DNA of 64,000 nt, taken from positions 1 through 64,000 of the forward strand of contig JAAOMT010000057.1 of NCBI GenBank assembly GCA_016748015.1. Direction: 5' to 3'. Both the position numbers and the translations under genes were made by a program. The notes beneath the pieces are model-generated. The model was not told the DNA's origin. It was given only the letters and a program-made list of their open reading frames with translations, and searched no databases. Of this stretch, positions 48,110-60,324 are shown piece after piece; position 1 is the stretch's first letter, and each line of letters opens with the position of its first letter. The stretch is from Geosiphon pyriformis uo1 (taxonomy: Eukaryota; Fungi; Glomeromycota).

Positions 48110-50234
48110 TTTCGTTGGTATGTGCAACAAATGGAATGCTTTGATTCGTAAGGACTTGAAATTTAAATCCAGTCTACCTCTCAATTTTCTTAGTGATACA
48201 ATTCATCACTCTTCCTTTTATGATTTAAAATTTTTCTTTTAAGTTCAGTCTGAAAGCAAAGTAGTTTCTTTTGTTAGTTTTGCAAACTTGGATGGCATCT
48301 TAAATCGTTTGTTCTTTTATAGATTCCATGACTTGCAGATCTTGTGCTGGTGCCCTGTTCATCTATTGAGTTTTCTTGTGTGTATTCATATCAGTGCTTT
48401 CGATAACTTTCTTATAAGCATAGTTCGCGTTCTTCTTGATTGCAATTTGTCCTTGGATGGCTTTTTGGCCAACCCCTTTCAGTTTTATGGTGGGGTTCCT
48501 ATGTCTGCTGTTCTGAATGAGTCACAGTTTCTCAAGTTTTTCTCTTCTCTCTAATAGTATAATATTGTCTTTGTGAACCAACTTCATGATCATCATGGTT
48601 CTGTTTTTGATTGATACATTTTTAAATGTTGAAAAAAATTAGACTCTCATGGCCCTGTTCCTGAGTGGTTTAAGCTTTTTGTTGCATTTCTTGATAGTAA
48701 AAGTTTCTCTCTTACTCACCTTCCAGTTTCAGATGATGTTGGTTCTTTGAATATTCTTGAATCTAGTGATTTTGCTTCTGTCTGTGATCATCTCTCGCAA
48801 GTTGGTGCTGACAGTTTGTCAGTGTATACAGATAGATCTCTTAGTAATCTGAACACAGTTGGTTGTAGAACTGGTGCTGCAGCTTTTTTTGAGGACATTG
48901 ATTTGGGTTTGGGTGTTAGTGTGTCAGGTTTAATGTCATCCACTTTGGCGGAGCTGCAGGCTATTGCACTGGCTCTAAAAAGTATTCTTCCACTGAGCTC
49001 TGTTAGATTGTTTTCGGATAATCAATCTGCACTAGATGTCTGTAAGTTTGAATTAAGTCTGGCAGTTCCTGACTTTTATTATCAGTGTTGGGTCAAACAT
49101 TATCATATTGTCAATATTATTCACAGTAAAAATTTGAAGGTTAGCTGGCATAAGATTAAAGGCCACTCTGGTGTTTCAGAGAATGAGTGCATTGATGCAA
49201 TTGTTGATAATGCTTCTCTTTCTAGTTGATATCTTCCTTTCCATGTGGATGAACACTTTATAATGGCTGGTGGTAGTGTGGTTTCAGGCAATTTTAGACA
49301 CTTTGTACATGATATTTATCATTCGGTCTGTTGTATGCACTGAGAGATTGGTTCTGGTTTCAAGTTTTTGGCAGGCAGTTTGCTTTTTGAAGTTGACTGG
49401 CTCTGTTCTTCTTTGGTTTGGCACTCTGACTTGTACATGGCTGCTGGTTTTACCAGCAGACCTTTGGCTAATACACATACTTATTTTATAAAGGCTTTGC
49501 ACTACTGGCTGCCAGTTGTTATTTGAAAGCACCTGTATAATAGACTATATCTGAGTGTATTGTGCTTATATTGTGACAATATGGAGATATCAGATCATGT
49601 GTTCTCTTAAAAGATTGATGATTCTGTCTGACGTCAGTTGCTGGAATTCTATGTGGACTTCTAAAAGGCAGTTTCTGGTCTCTCTCATTCTTTTTCGGAC
49701 ATACTACAATTGTTGTTTTCATGTGTTTCTGACTACTTTTTGTCCATGACTCTTTATAAGAGTTTTGTTTTTAATAATTGGTTTCACAAGGTGGTCACTA
49801 TCTTTCAAGATCCCAAGGTTGCTGGTTTGGAGATTGTCAAATTTGTGCACTCTATTAGTCTTGATTTTAGGAGTAATGTCTGGTTTGTTCATGCTAAACA
49901 TCATGCTTTTATGGAGAAATATGGATTGATTCCTCTTAATGGTTCAGTTCTCATCTCGGTTTCTGGTTTGGCCTCAGGGTTGTCAGCTGGAGTGGTCAAA
50001 TTGCTTGGCATTACTGATGCTTTTGGTGTTTATTTTGGTTTTCGCAAATCTTGTTTGTTTTTTTCAGGTGTAAGTGACTCAGTTTCAGTTCACATAGCTG
50101 TATAGTGTTGTTCTAATTGGCCTGAGTGGCTGATTATGTGTAAAAAATACATGATTCATGCTTAGTTTAGATCATTTTTGATGTATAGCACTAGGTAGTA
50201 TTTGAACCTTACTTGTAAAACAAGAAAAAAAAAA
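48110..50234 (+). mobile_element. LINE-E: 5'-truncated LINE (post-RT region, RNase H, CCHC, 3' UTR, poly A)
   Basis: VYTDRSL..AELQAIALAL..FSDNQ..KIKGHSGVSENEC, ending SVHIAV*. Flanked on both sides by (TTA/TTG)n. Confidence 0.9.
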
Positions 50235-50601
50235 TTATTATTGTTATTGTTGTTGTTTTTATTGTTTTAGAATAATTAATTATTGAATTAATAAATTTTT
50301 GCTTTTTTCCAAAAATTATTTTTTTTGATTTTATTATAATATTTAATATTTTTAACATAAGTGTTTAATGCTTTTTGATAATATTTTTTATGTAAAATAA
50401 TATTATATTGTAATTTAAATACTAATATTGATTCAATTTTTTTATTTAAAAAATTAACATATTATTTAATTTATTTAACTTTGGTTTTATTCAAATAATA
50501 ATAATTTATATAAATTTTTTCTACTTTAAATATTATTTTTTATCACTTATGAAGCTAATAATATTAATCTCATTATAGAGTTTAAAAATTATGATATTTA
50601 A

Positions 50602-52269
50602 TCACGATAAAGAGTCGTCTAAATATGATAGATAGTAAAATAAATATTATTGATCAATTGCACATACTGTAATTATATTCTCAATTTTGTTCAAGTTCTT
50701 ACCTTCAGGCAAATATATTAATTCTTTTATAATCAACATAAATTTTTAATATTAATATATACTGTATAATAATTGAATCAATCAATTAATTACTTTTAAA
50801 TTAAATTAAATAAACTAACCTTTAGAAAAATCAACTATCTGTGCAGTTAAAAGACGACTTGTATAAACTGCTTCTGGATGAATTAATGTTGTTGTTGTCG
50901 CGTCGTTCTTCAACATTCCTTTTATATAATTTTCTGATTCTAAAAACTGGCGACACACAGTTTTAGACACTTCATCTGTAGACACCTTAAAAAGATATCG
51001 CTCATGAATCCTCGAAAGTTCAAGCAACTTTTCCAGAACTTCTTCCGCAGTAGGACGATTCTTAGGATTAACATCCCAACACTTTATAATAATTTCGGCA
51101 ATTGAAGGTGGAATAAGGGGGAAGGTAATTTCAGGTCTTTGACCATTTAAAATATCCATTATAAGAAGGTGGTCATGAGAACGATCATGAAAAGGAGGTT
51201 TCCCTGTTGCTAATTCCCATAATAACATTCCTAAACTATAAATATCACCAGCGATTGTAAACTTTTCTCCTCTTAAAACTTCTGGTGGAATGTATGGAAT
51301 CACTCCAAATATTCCTTTCTTTTCCTCTGTTACTTTTCCTCTTGTTGTTGCGTCTATTATTATTGTTGTTGTTTCATGGTTTGTAGGTTGACATAATCCG
51401 AGGTCTCCAATCTCTACCCTATTAATTTCTGATTGTAGTATGTTGCCCGAGTGTAGGTCATGATGAATCATACCAGAAGAATGAATTGAATCAAGTCCTT
51501 CAGCTATAGAACGTGCGATCCATAATTTATTAGACCAACTAGTAGAATGAAAATTTGTTGATAAATATTTTCGCATGTCTCCATGTTCGGCAAACTCCAT
51601 CACAATTCCATACTCGAGCGTTTCAGCGTTTTGCGTAATCCCCCATATTGAAGAGATATAAGTTAAGTCTTTACCGTTATTATTAATAAACATAGCTCTT
51701 TGAATATTTAACTATCAACACAGTTTAAAAAAGTAAATAGATAATATACAGTAAATAAATAAATAAATAATAGGTAAATATGAATTAAATATAAATATAA
51801 ATAATAATACATTATTTACCTCTTTAAACACTTCTGAACTGTTCGTTAGAATAATTTTTATAGCTACTTCTGTTCCTTTCAATCTTTCATATTTCATTGA
51901 ACCATAATGTTTTATAGTCCACGTATCAATTAATCCATCAATTAGGGTTGCTTTATAAATTATACCGAACCCTCCTTTAGCAATTTCCTTGATATTCGAA
52001 AAACGCTCCCATGGAATCCATTCATAGTAATTCAATCTAGCATATTCATTATTATTATTATTAGGTGGAATATAGATTGGATTCTTAATGATTTCATCAA
52101 CTACTTTATTGCCGCTTGAAAAGTTCTGGTAAAGTTTTTGAAAAAATATGAATTGGCATGCCGTACATGAATTCCCTTTATTATTATTTTGAATACTTTC
52201 TTGACACAGTTTACATTTGTTACAATCATGAGCATATTGACGATGTCTATTAATTTCTTTGTTTTCCAT
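50602..52269 (-). CDS. Tyrosine-kinase-like (TKL) protein kinase; intron 51819-51712, probably two short 3' exons after ~50820
   Basis: YEWIPWERFSNIKEIAKGGFGIIYKA, VAIK, HHDLHSGNIL, IGDLGL, GVIPYIPPE, DIYSLGMLLWE, CWDVNPKNRPT and the tail HPEAVYTSRLL. The frames are open. Confidence 0.85.
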
Positions 52270-52737
52270 GATGTGAATAAAGGACAAAGAATAAAATATG
52301 AATAGGTTATTATTCGAAGAGGGTTTCTTTTAAAAAGTTTATTTGATAGTACATTTAGAAATGAACAAATTTAATTAAGTAGCTATATTACACGTCAAAC
52401 AAGTTTCCTAAATGAGCTAGTCAATTTATTTATAAAAAACAAGAAGGCTTCATCAAATATATAAAAAACCTTATTTCGGATTGAAGTTATGGTTTAAATG
52501 ATAATTTTTTTTGTTATTATAAAACTTTATTAATAACCACTTTTCATTTCATGTCTTTGACTTAACTTTAAATGCTTCAACCATAAACTTTCGAATTTCT
52601 TTTTTAAAAAACCAAGTGTTTTTAAAATTTCAAACTGGTTTTATTATCAGTATTTTTTTGTTTTATAATATATATAAATAACTATTAATTATGGTGCTTG
52701 AATAATTTTATGAAATAAAATAAACTTGATAATTATA

Positions 52738-55700
52738 TTTTTTTTTTATTAAAGTTTAATGAGTGGAGTCCAAACGCCACCTAGTGCTATACATTATACA
52801 AATGATTTAAACTAGGCATGAATCATGCCTTTGCTACACGTGACCAAACACTCAGACTAGTCAGAACAATACTATGCACTTATATAAACTGAAGTCATGT
52901 CACCAACACCCGCATAAAACAAACAATGCTTACAATACCTAAAACTAATGCCGAGTGCATCAGCAACACCCAACAATCTAATCACCCCAGCTAAAAGCCA
53001 CACAGAAAAACCAGAAACAGTGACAGGAATAGAACCATCACATAGAATCAACTTATTCTTTTCCATAATGGCCTGGTATTTCACACAGACCAGCCAGATA
53101 TTATTACGAAATGCAAGACAAAACTCCTGTACAAAATTCACAACATTGACCACTGCCACCTTAGGATTCTTGTAAACAGAAACAAACTCGCAATACCAAT
53201 CACCGAAAACAAAACCCTTACACAGAGCCATACTAACAGTCACATTTGAAATGCAAGTTGACAACAATTGTGATACACATGAAGATGAATGAAACAGACC
53301 AGAACACATCTCCCAAGCAGCTGTATAAGTATCCAACAAATTGACATGACTATTAGTGTCAGAAGAGCAAGAAAAGACATGGTCTGAGACTTTAATCTCA
53401 CCACAGAACAAACAAACTACACTGGGATAACCCCTATCATACAGACGCTTTTGCACAGCAACAGAAAGGCAATAATGAAGGGCTTTCATGAAATATGTAT
53501 GAAAGCCAGCCACCCGAATACTAGTAAAACCAGTCACCATGTGGGAATCCGGATGCCACACCAGAGAGGACCTCAACCAGTCAATATCAGCATGTAAACA
53601 ATCTGGAACAACCCAGGAACCAGAACCAACCTCCCAATGTGTGCGATAAATTGACCTGAATACGTCATGAACAAAATGCTTCGAATTACCAAAAACCATA
53701 TCAACACCAACCTTCAAAAACCTCTCACTAACCAAGTAGGACAGATGCCAAGCAGAAAAGACAGTATTCTTAGCCAGCGCATTAGCACACTCATTGTCTG
53801 AAACACCCAAATAGCTCTTAACCTTAATTCAATTAACATCCAAATTTTTGTGATGAATGATATTGGTAATGTGATGACGCTCAACCCAACAACAATTCCT
53901 GAAATCAGGGCCAACTGATAAAGACTCCGACCTGCAAGCATCAATAGCTGCCTGACTGTCCGAGAACAAGTCAACCAAATAAAAAAAAGGAACACATTCA
54001 AGAGCTAAAGCAATGGCCTGCAACTCCACTAAAGTAGAAGAAACCAAACCAAAAACCCCCACATCCAGACCTGAACCAATGTTCTCAAAGAAAACCACAG
54101 TACCAGTTAATATGTCAACAGTGCCCAAATTACTCAGAGACCCATCTGTGTATACAGAGAGGCAGACGGCACCTACACTCAACAGATCTTTACAAATAAC
54201 ACCAAAACCAAGAGACTAATGGATGTTAGAAGACTCACCAACACCCTCATAAAGGGAATGACCAGAAGAAAAAACTACACCACCAAGAAAACACACAAAG
54301 AAATCAAACCAGGAGGGGACCGGGCCATGGGGATCCAGTCTTTTCCAACACTTGAAAGTTTTCCAATCAAAAACAATGCCATTCCGATCACAAAGCTTTT
54401 CTATAAAAGCAATACCATAACGCCTGAGAAAGGAGACATATTTGAAGAAAATTGTCTCACCAAGTACTAGAAACATAGAAGTACTGCAATGAAGATGAAA
54501 AGTACCAGCCAGAGAGCCATCCAAAGACAAATCACACCCAGAAAAAATACAAACCACACCTGCCAAAAAGTTGTTTAAAGGGCTGACTCTAACCCGAACA
54601 GGAAACAACAAAGGGTGACGAGGACGCCAGCTAAGAACCTGAAGATTATGAGACCTATGAGAAAACAAGCAACCCAAAACACCAACCAAATTCACAAAAG
54701 CAATAACAGAAGCTGACTTGCTCTCAGCCTGAATTTGCTCAAAAGTCTTTAAATTGTACAAGGAAAAATGATGAAATATATCATTGGGAAAGTCCAGAGG
54801 CAGCCCAGATTTGGATTTTAGGCTCTTGCATATCAAAGCATCCCATTTGTTACATACACTAAGAGAAATAAAACTGAACTGAGTTCTGTAACTGATGATA
54901 GAAAAGAGAACCGAAGACACCAAATAAGCAAACTGTTTATCTGAAATAACTTTTCTCAGAATAAGATTGACAAAAACCAAACATCCAAATGCACTTTAAC
55001 CAAGTTAGACTTTGAAAGACCATCAGAAGATAAAAAAATACCCAGATAATGATGAGGTTCACTTCTATTAGTGATGGAAATTGGCATACCACTGATAGTT
55101 AGATAAGGAGTAGCGACCCGACAATTGATAGGAATGGCCACAGTCTTGTCATTGTTTATTGAAATGTCATTTAAACGAAAGAACTTACTAGCAACATTGA
55201 GGATGTGTTGTGTAGCAGCTTGGCTGCTATTAATTCAGATAGTGTCATCAACAAAAGCACCAGCAGCCAGAAACGATGTCAGCCCAGCTTAAGATTCCAC
55301 TTGGCCAGTCTTAAAAATGAAATAAGAAATCAATCTGTAATCATAAATGCTCTCTTGTCTTTTAACCTCACACAAAAGTGAGTCATAAAATATGCACCAG
55401 AGAAGTGGTGAAAAAACCTCCTTCTGATCCAATCTATCATGAACATAATATCTATTAGTCAAACCAAAATCTGTCATCACTCTGTTAGTGTGACCATTAT
55501 GAATGCTACCAAAAAATCTGATAAATTTGTTACACATTTTGATCCTGGTTAAACTCCTCTTGAGATGCTCCCAACTAACAGAATCATAAGCTTTGCACAT
55601 ATCCTGTAAAACCAGTTACAACTCTTGGTTCTTCTCCAAGGCATCTTTGATCACCGAACCAATAGCAAAGATAGGCAATTGAGTAAACGTACCTTTTAGG

Positions 55701-58700
55701 ACAGAGAAATTGTCCCCGCAGAGGACATCAAAAGTATTACAAACCAGAGAGATCCAATCTGAGAGAATCTTGGAAAAGACTTTGTAAGCTGTCTCAATTA
55801 AAGCAATAGGGCAGGTATTTGTAAGAACCCCCTTCCACTTGTAAGATTTAGGAATCATTGAGACCCAGACTTTCCTCCAAGGTTTAGGTACTGACTTACA
55901 ACCCAAACAAAAATTTAAGAGCACCAAAAGCATATCCAAGACCGACTTGTCACAGTGTTTCCAGAGTTCATTAGGAATACCAAAAAGACCAGCCGCTTTC
56001 CCATCGGACAAATTTGAAATAACACCAAACATCTTATCAAAACCAATTAAATGCATTATATCAGAGAAGACATCATTAAAGACATGATTCAAAGGCAGGA
56101 ATTGCCTTGCCCAATCATCAGAGATATCAGAAGCCATCACACATTTCCTAGTCCAACCCTCCATAATTCCATCCACCTTAGATTTAACCAACTCAGGCTC
56201 CAGGACTAACTCCCCACCATCCACCAAATGATTCAACACCACTTTACAAAAAGGACACTTCAAAACACTTCTAATAGTGTGATCCTTATCCACTTCAAAA
56301 CTCTCCATCCTTCTCTCAATAGCCTGCCTTATACTAGATTCCTTAGCAGGCTTTAATTTTAACAACTTAGAAGTGCAATAAGACTTCCTTGTCTTAGCCA
56401 GTCCAGAACGGATTGCATCAAAACTGGCACCAAAAAGAAACAGAGATCTAACTGACAAAGTGCCCACAGAATCAAGCCTGTTCCAAGTATCCAACAACAA
56501 GACAAAATCTCCACCAGAAACCAACCAAGAAGCCTTCACCAGTTTAGACACAAGTAGCTCCAGTTTATAAAACTGGGAAGATATCTTATTAAAAACACAA
56601 TCGAAACTCCTAAACCATTTTTTCTTGAACGTTTTACCAGCCGAAAAAACCATAACCTTACAAACAATGTTTTATATTGCATCCAGATCAGACAACTGCT
56701 TAGCCACAACAAACTCATCCAAAAACATAACAGCATTAGCAGCCATAGCATTCCTGAATTCTGACCACTTAATCTCACTGGTAATTTTGATATCATACTT
56801 CCAACAATCTCTATTAGCTTGTTTGCACAGTGAATTTAGCTGGACATTGAGCAGGCCACCCAGTTCCACAGAAACATAAACAGTCTTGTGATCAATATTA
56901 AAGTATTCCTCAATGCCATCCACACCACGATCTACCACTGCACCAACCAAATTAGAAGAAACAAACACATAGTCAATTGTCTTAGTAATACTATGAGAAT
57001 TGCACCAAGTAGGTGACTTTACAAAAAAGCTCCCCCCCAGAGAGTTAATCAAACCCAAATCAAAACATTTTTTGAAACTGACACATTTGTGCAAACCATC
57101 CTTATTAAAATTACCACTAAGAATAATGAAAGAAGACTCATTAATGGCTTTAGCAATGAGAGAGTTAATCTCACCAGCCTGAAAAAACTGAGCCACTGAT
57201 GAAGCACCAGCATAGAGCCCCAAAATAGACACTGAGAGTTTATTTTTGAAAAGCAACTTGATGGATAGGAGCTAACCAGGCACCTCAGAGACTTTGTAGA
57301 TGTGCTTTACTAAAGAAGAATTCACAATGATTAACATCCCAGCACTCAAAAAACCAGAATCTAGACCAGAAGTAAAAACCTGAACACCATCAAATTTGTC
57401 GGCCAACCATGGGCGAACTTTCCCTTTAAGCTTTGTGAAAATAGAAACCAAATTGTCCATATTCTTGTGTCAATGAATGACATCATCTTGCTTCACAGAA
57501 TTGTTCAAACCACGAATATTACACATAGCAATTTTCCATACCAGACTACTCATTGAAAAAGAGGTAGAGGAAAAGCACCACCTGCCAAAGCCAAACCATC
57601 CAAGTGCACTGATAGGCTCATGACCAAAGCAGAAAGACCTTCCAACATGTTTTCCAATTTCATAACCTCAGGTGAGGCAGTTGAACCAAGAATGGCAGCA
57701 GTTTTGTCACTAGTAGCATCACCTGAACCCATTCCCATCACTATATCTTTCCCTTGATTCTGCAATAGGGAGGTTACTGGCAGCTGACATCCAGGGCTAG
57801 GCTGGGAAACTGCCGGCATAAATGAGTCCAATCTCTTAGCCAACTCACTAATTTGTTCTGCGAGGCTGACAAAACTGCTTTCAATATTTTTCAAATGGTC
57901 TTCCAATTCACCATTAACAGTCAGAAGAGGTTTACCATAAGATATGGAACCAGATTGAGCTGAACCACCAAAAGACACTAATGGGAGTGGTTTACCAATC
58001 ACAGAGGCCCAAGTTTTTTTACCGAAAGCCAAAGGACAAAAAACAGAGGCAGATTTTTTTTCATATATCTTTGCCAGATGGAACTGATCCTAAGCTGAGA
58101 GAAGAGCTCTCTTGCTCCTAGAACTTGAGGACGCACCAGCAGTATGACAAGCAAAAGAAGTATGACTGGAAGTTTTGCAAATTGAGCACAGTGCAGTGGT
58201 TAAATGAGACTATCAAAGACTAACACCTTTTATAACAAGAGTGTTTGCCATTGTCTGAATAAGGCTACCTTCAGAATCAAAACACACAGTGGCACAGTGT
58301 GTTTGGACATAATTGACAGAACTGTGTTTAATAACACATGTTTTTCCACTGACTAAACCAATGAAGTCCCAAAGATCATGAGTGTTGATGCCCATGGGGA
58401 AAGTATAAAGCAAAGCTCTAAACTCATCTCTGGCATTCCATGTTTGTTTGTCAACATCGGCCTGGACCACACGCACCGTATCTTTTCCAATAAGGATAAA
58501 CCACTTAGCTGCCAAGAGATCAGCCTAAATTTGATCCTCCAATTTGACAATCGCCTTTTGCCATAGACCTACCAACTACATCTTGATTGACTTAATAAAC
58601 CCAAATTCAGAAATGGCTGCACACACTGCCTTAATGGAAGTTCCCACAGAAATTTTTTTCAACACAATTGCCCAATTCATACAATTGTTGATGGGACACT

Positions 58701-59489
58701 TGAGATCAGTGTTTACCACAATACTATAATCATTTGCCAACTGCACAGCTGTCATCATTGCCTTTTCAGAAATGAAAGATGTCCGAATGATTCCACCAAA
58801 TTTTGAGAGGGTAGAGGCCCCCCCAAAACTATTTATACCTAAAAAGATTTTTCTGACAAAATTGACTTTTTTCTAAGATGATTTTCCAGCCACCACTACA
58901 AGATCAATATCTAAAGTAAAGGATTTGCGAACAGGCACTTGAATGGATGGCTTGACTGGAAGAGGAGGTGGAAGAAGAAGAAAATCATCCAACACATCAT
59001 TTTCTACATTGACAGTATCATAATCAATTACACCCAGTGGCTTTCTTAACACTTTCTTGGTCTTCACATACAAACCCTTTGGTGTTTAATCAGAATTTCT
59101 TCCTGCAAAAGTACTATTATCATCATAGTCTACACTGGTTTCTTCAACCAAGCATTCTTCTTCCATGTCAATACTCTCAGATTCCATAGTGTCACCAGTC
59201 TTAGAACTCCATGAATGAGCACCAAGAGCTTTGGCAGCAACCCCTTTATTATCAATACTCTCTTCCAACACACTTCCCTTCCTCTTCTTCCTTGATACAA
59301 CAGCCTTAAAACCACCCTCAGAACCAGAAGCTTTAATGGTCTTCTTCATAACAGCAATAACAAAGTCAACAGTGATCTCGTAATCAAAGAATGATTTTGA
59401 TTTATCATACTGAATGGTAAAAAACTTCTTTCGAAAAAACTATAGACTCTTTTTTGGGATTTTTGGATGAAGGAAAGAAAGAAGTTTTT
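52738..59489 (-). mobile_element. LINE-C: full-length decayed LINE (ORF1 59349-57550; ORF2 57553-52872), the best-preserved copy
   Basis: 5' UTR stem, ORF1, APE, RT, RNase H VYTDGSL..FSDSQAA and CLFC..H..C. The 3' UTR and poly(A) appear as a T-run at 52738-52747. Confidence 0.93.
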
Positions 59490-60324
59490 ACTATTATATT
59501 AAGTTAATATTTTTGAAATTTTAATATAAAAATTGGTTCAATTAATTAAATTTATAATTATATTAATATATTCAAAAAATAATAATTAAAAAACTTTTAT
59601 AAAAATTAACAAACTCTTTTTTTTTTTATCATACTTAAAGCAAAGAGTAAAATAATTATAATCTCTTATTTTTGATCTTGTTTTTATTTATCAATTCTTT
59701 TTTTTTTATGTAATATAAAAATAAAGCAGTTTTTTAACTATTTTTAGAACATCATTTTTGGTTTTATGTAAAAGTTTTTTCCCAAGTAATTATAATTATT
59801 ATAAAAAATTAACAACAAATTAATAGCAAAAATTATTTTTATTTTTTATTATTTTTTTATATTTACTTAAATAATTAAAAAAGCCAAAAAAATTAAAAAG
59901 CAACTTTTTTATTTTTTTTATTTTAAAGTTTGTTTGTTTTTTTGTAAAAAATAAAATATTGGTTTTATTTAATTTATTGATATTTACATTAGTTTTGTTA
60001 AAATTATATTAATTATAATATTTATTTTAAATTTAATTATAAATAATAACTTTTTTTTTAAATAATAATAATAATAACATATATATTAAAATTAATTTAA
60101 ATTAATATATAATTAAATTATTTAATATATATAAAATATAACAAAAAAATAAATATGTATAATTATTTTAAATTTAAATATATTTATAAATTATTTTAAA
60201 AAATTTTAAAAATTTAATATTTTTAATTTAAAAATAAAAAAGTATTTATTAAATAAATAATTATAATTTATAAATAATAAATAATTTATGTAAAAATAAT
60301 TTATAATTAAACTATAATAATATA

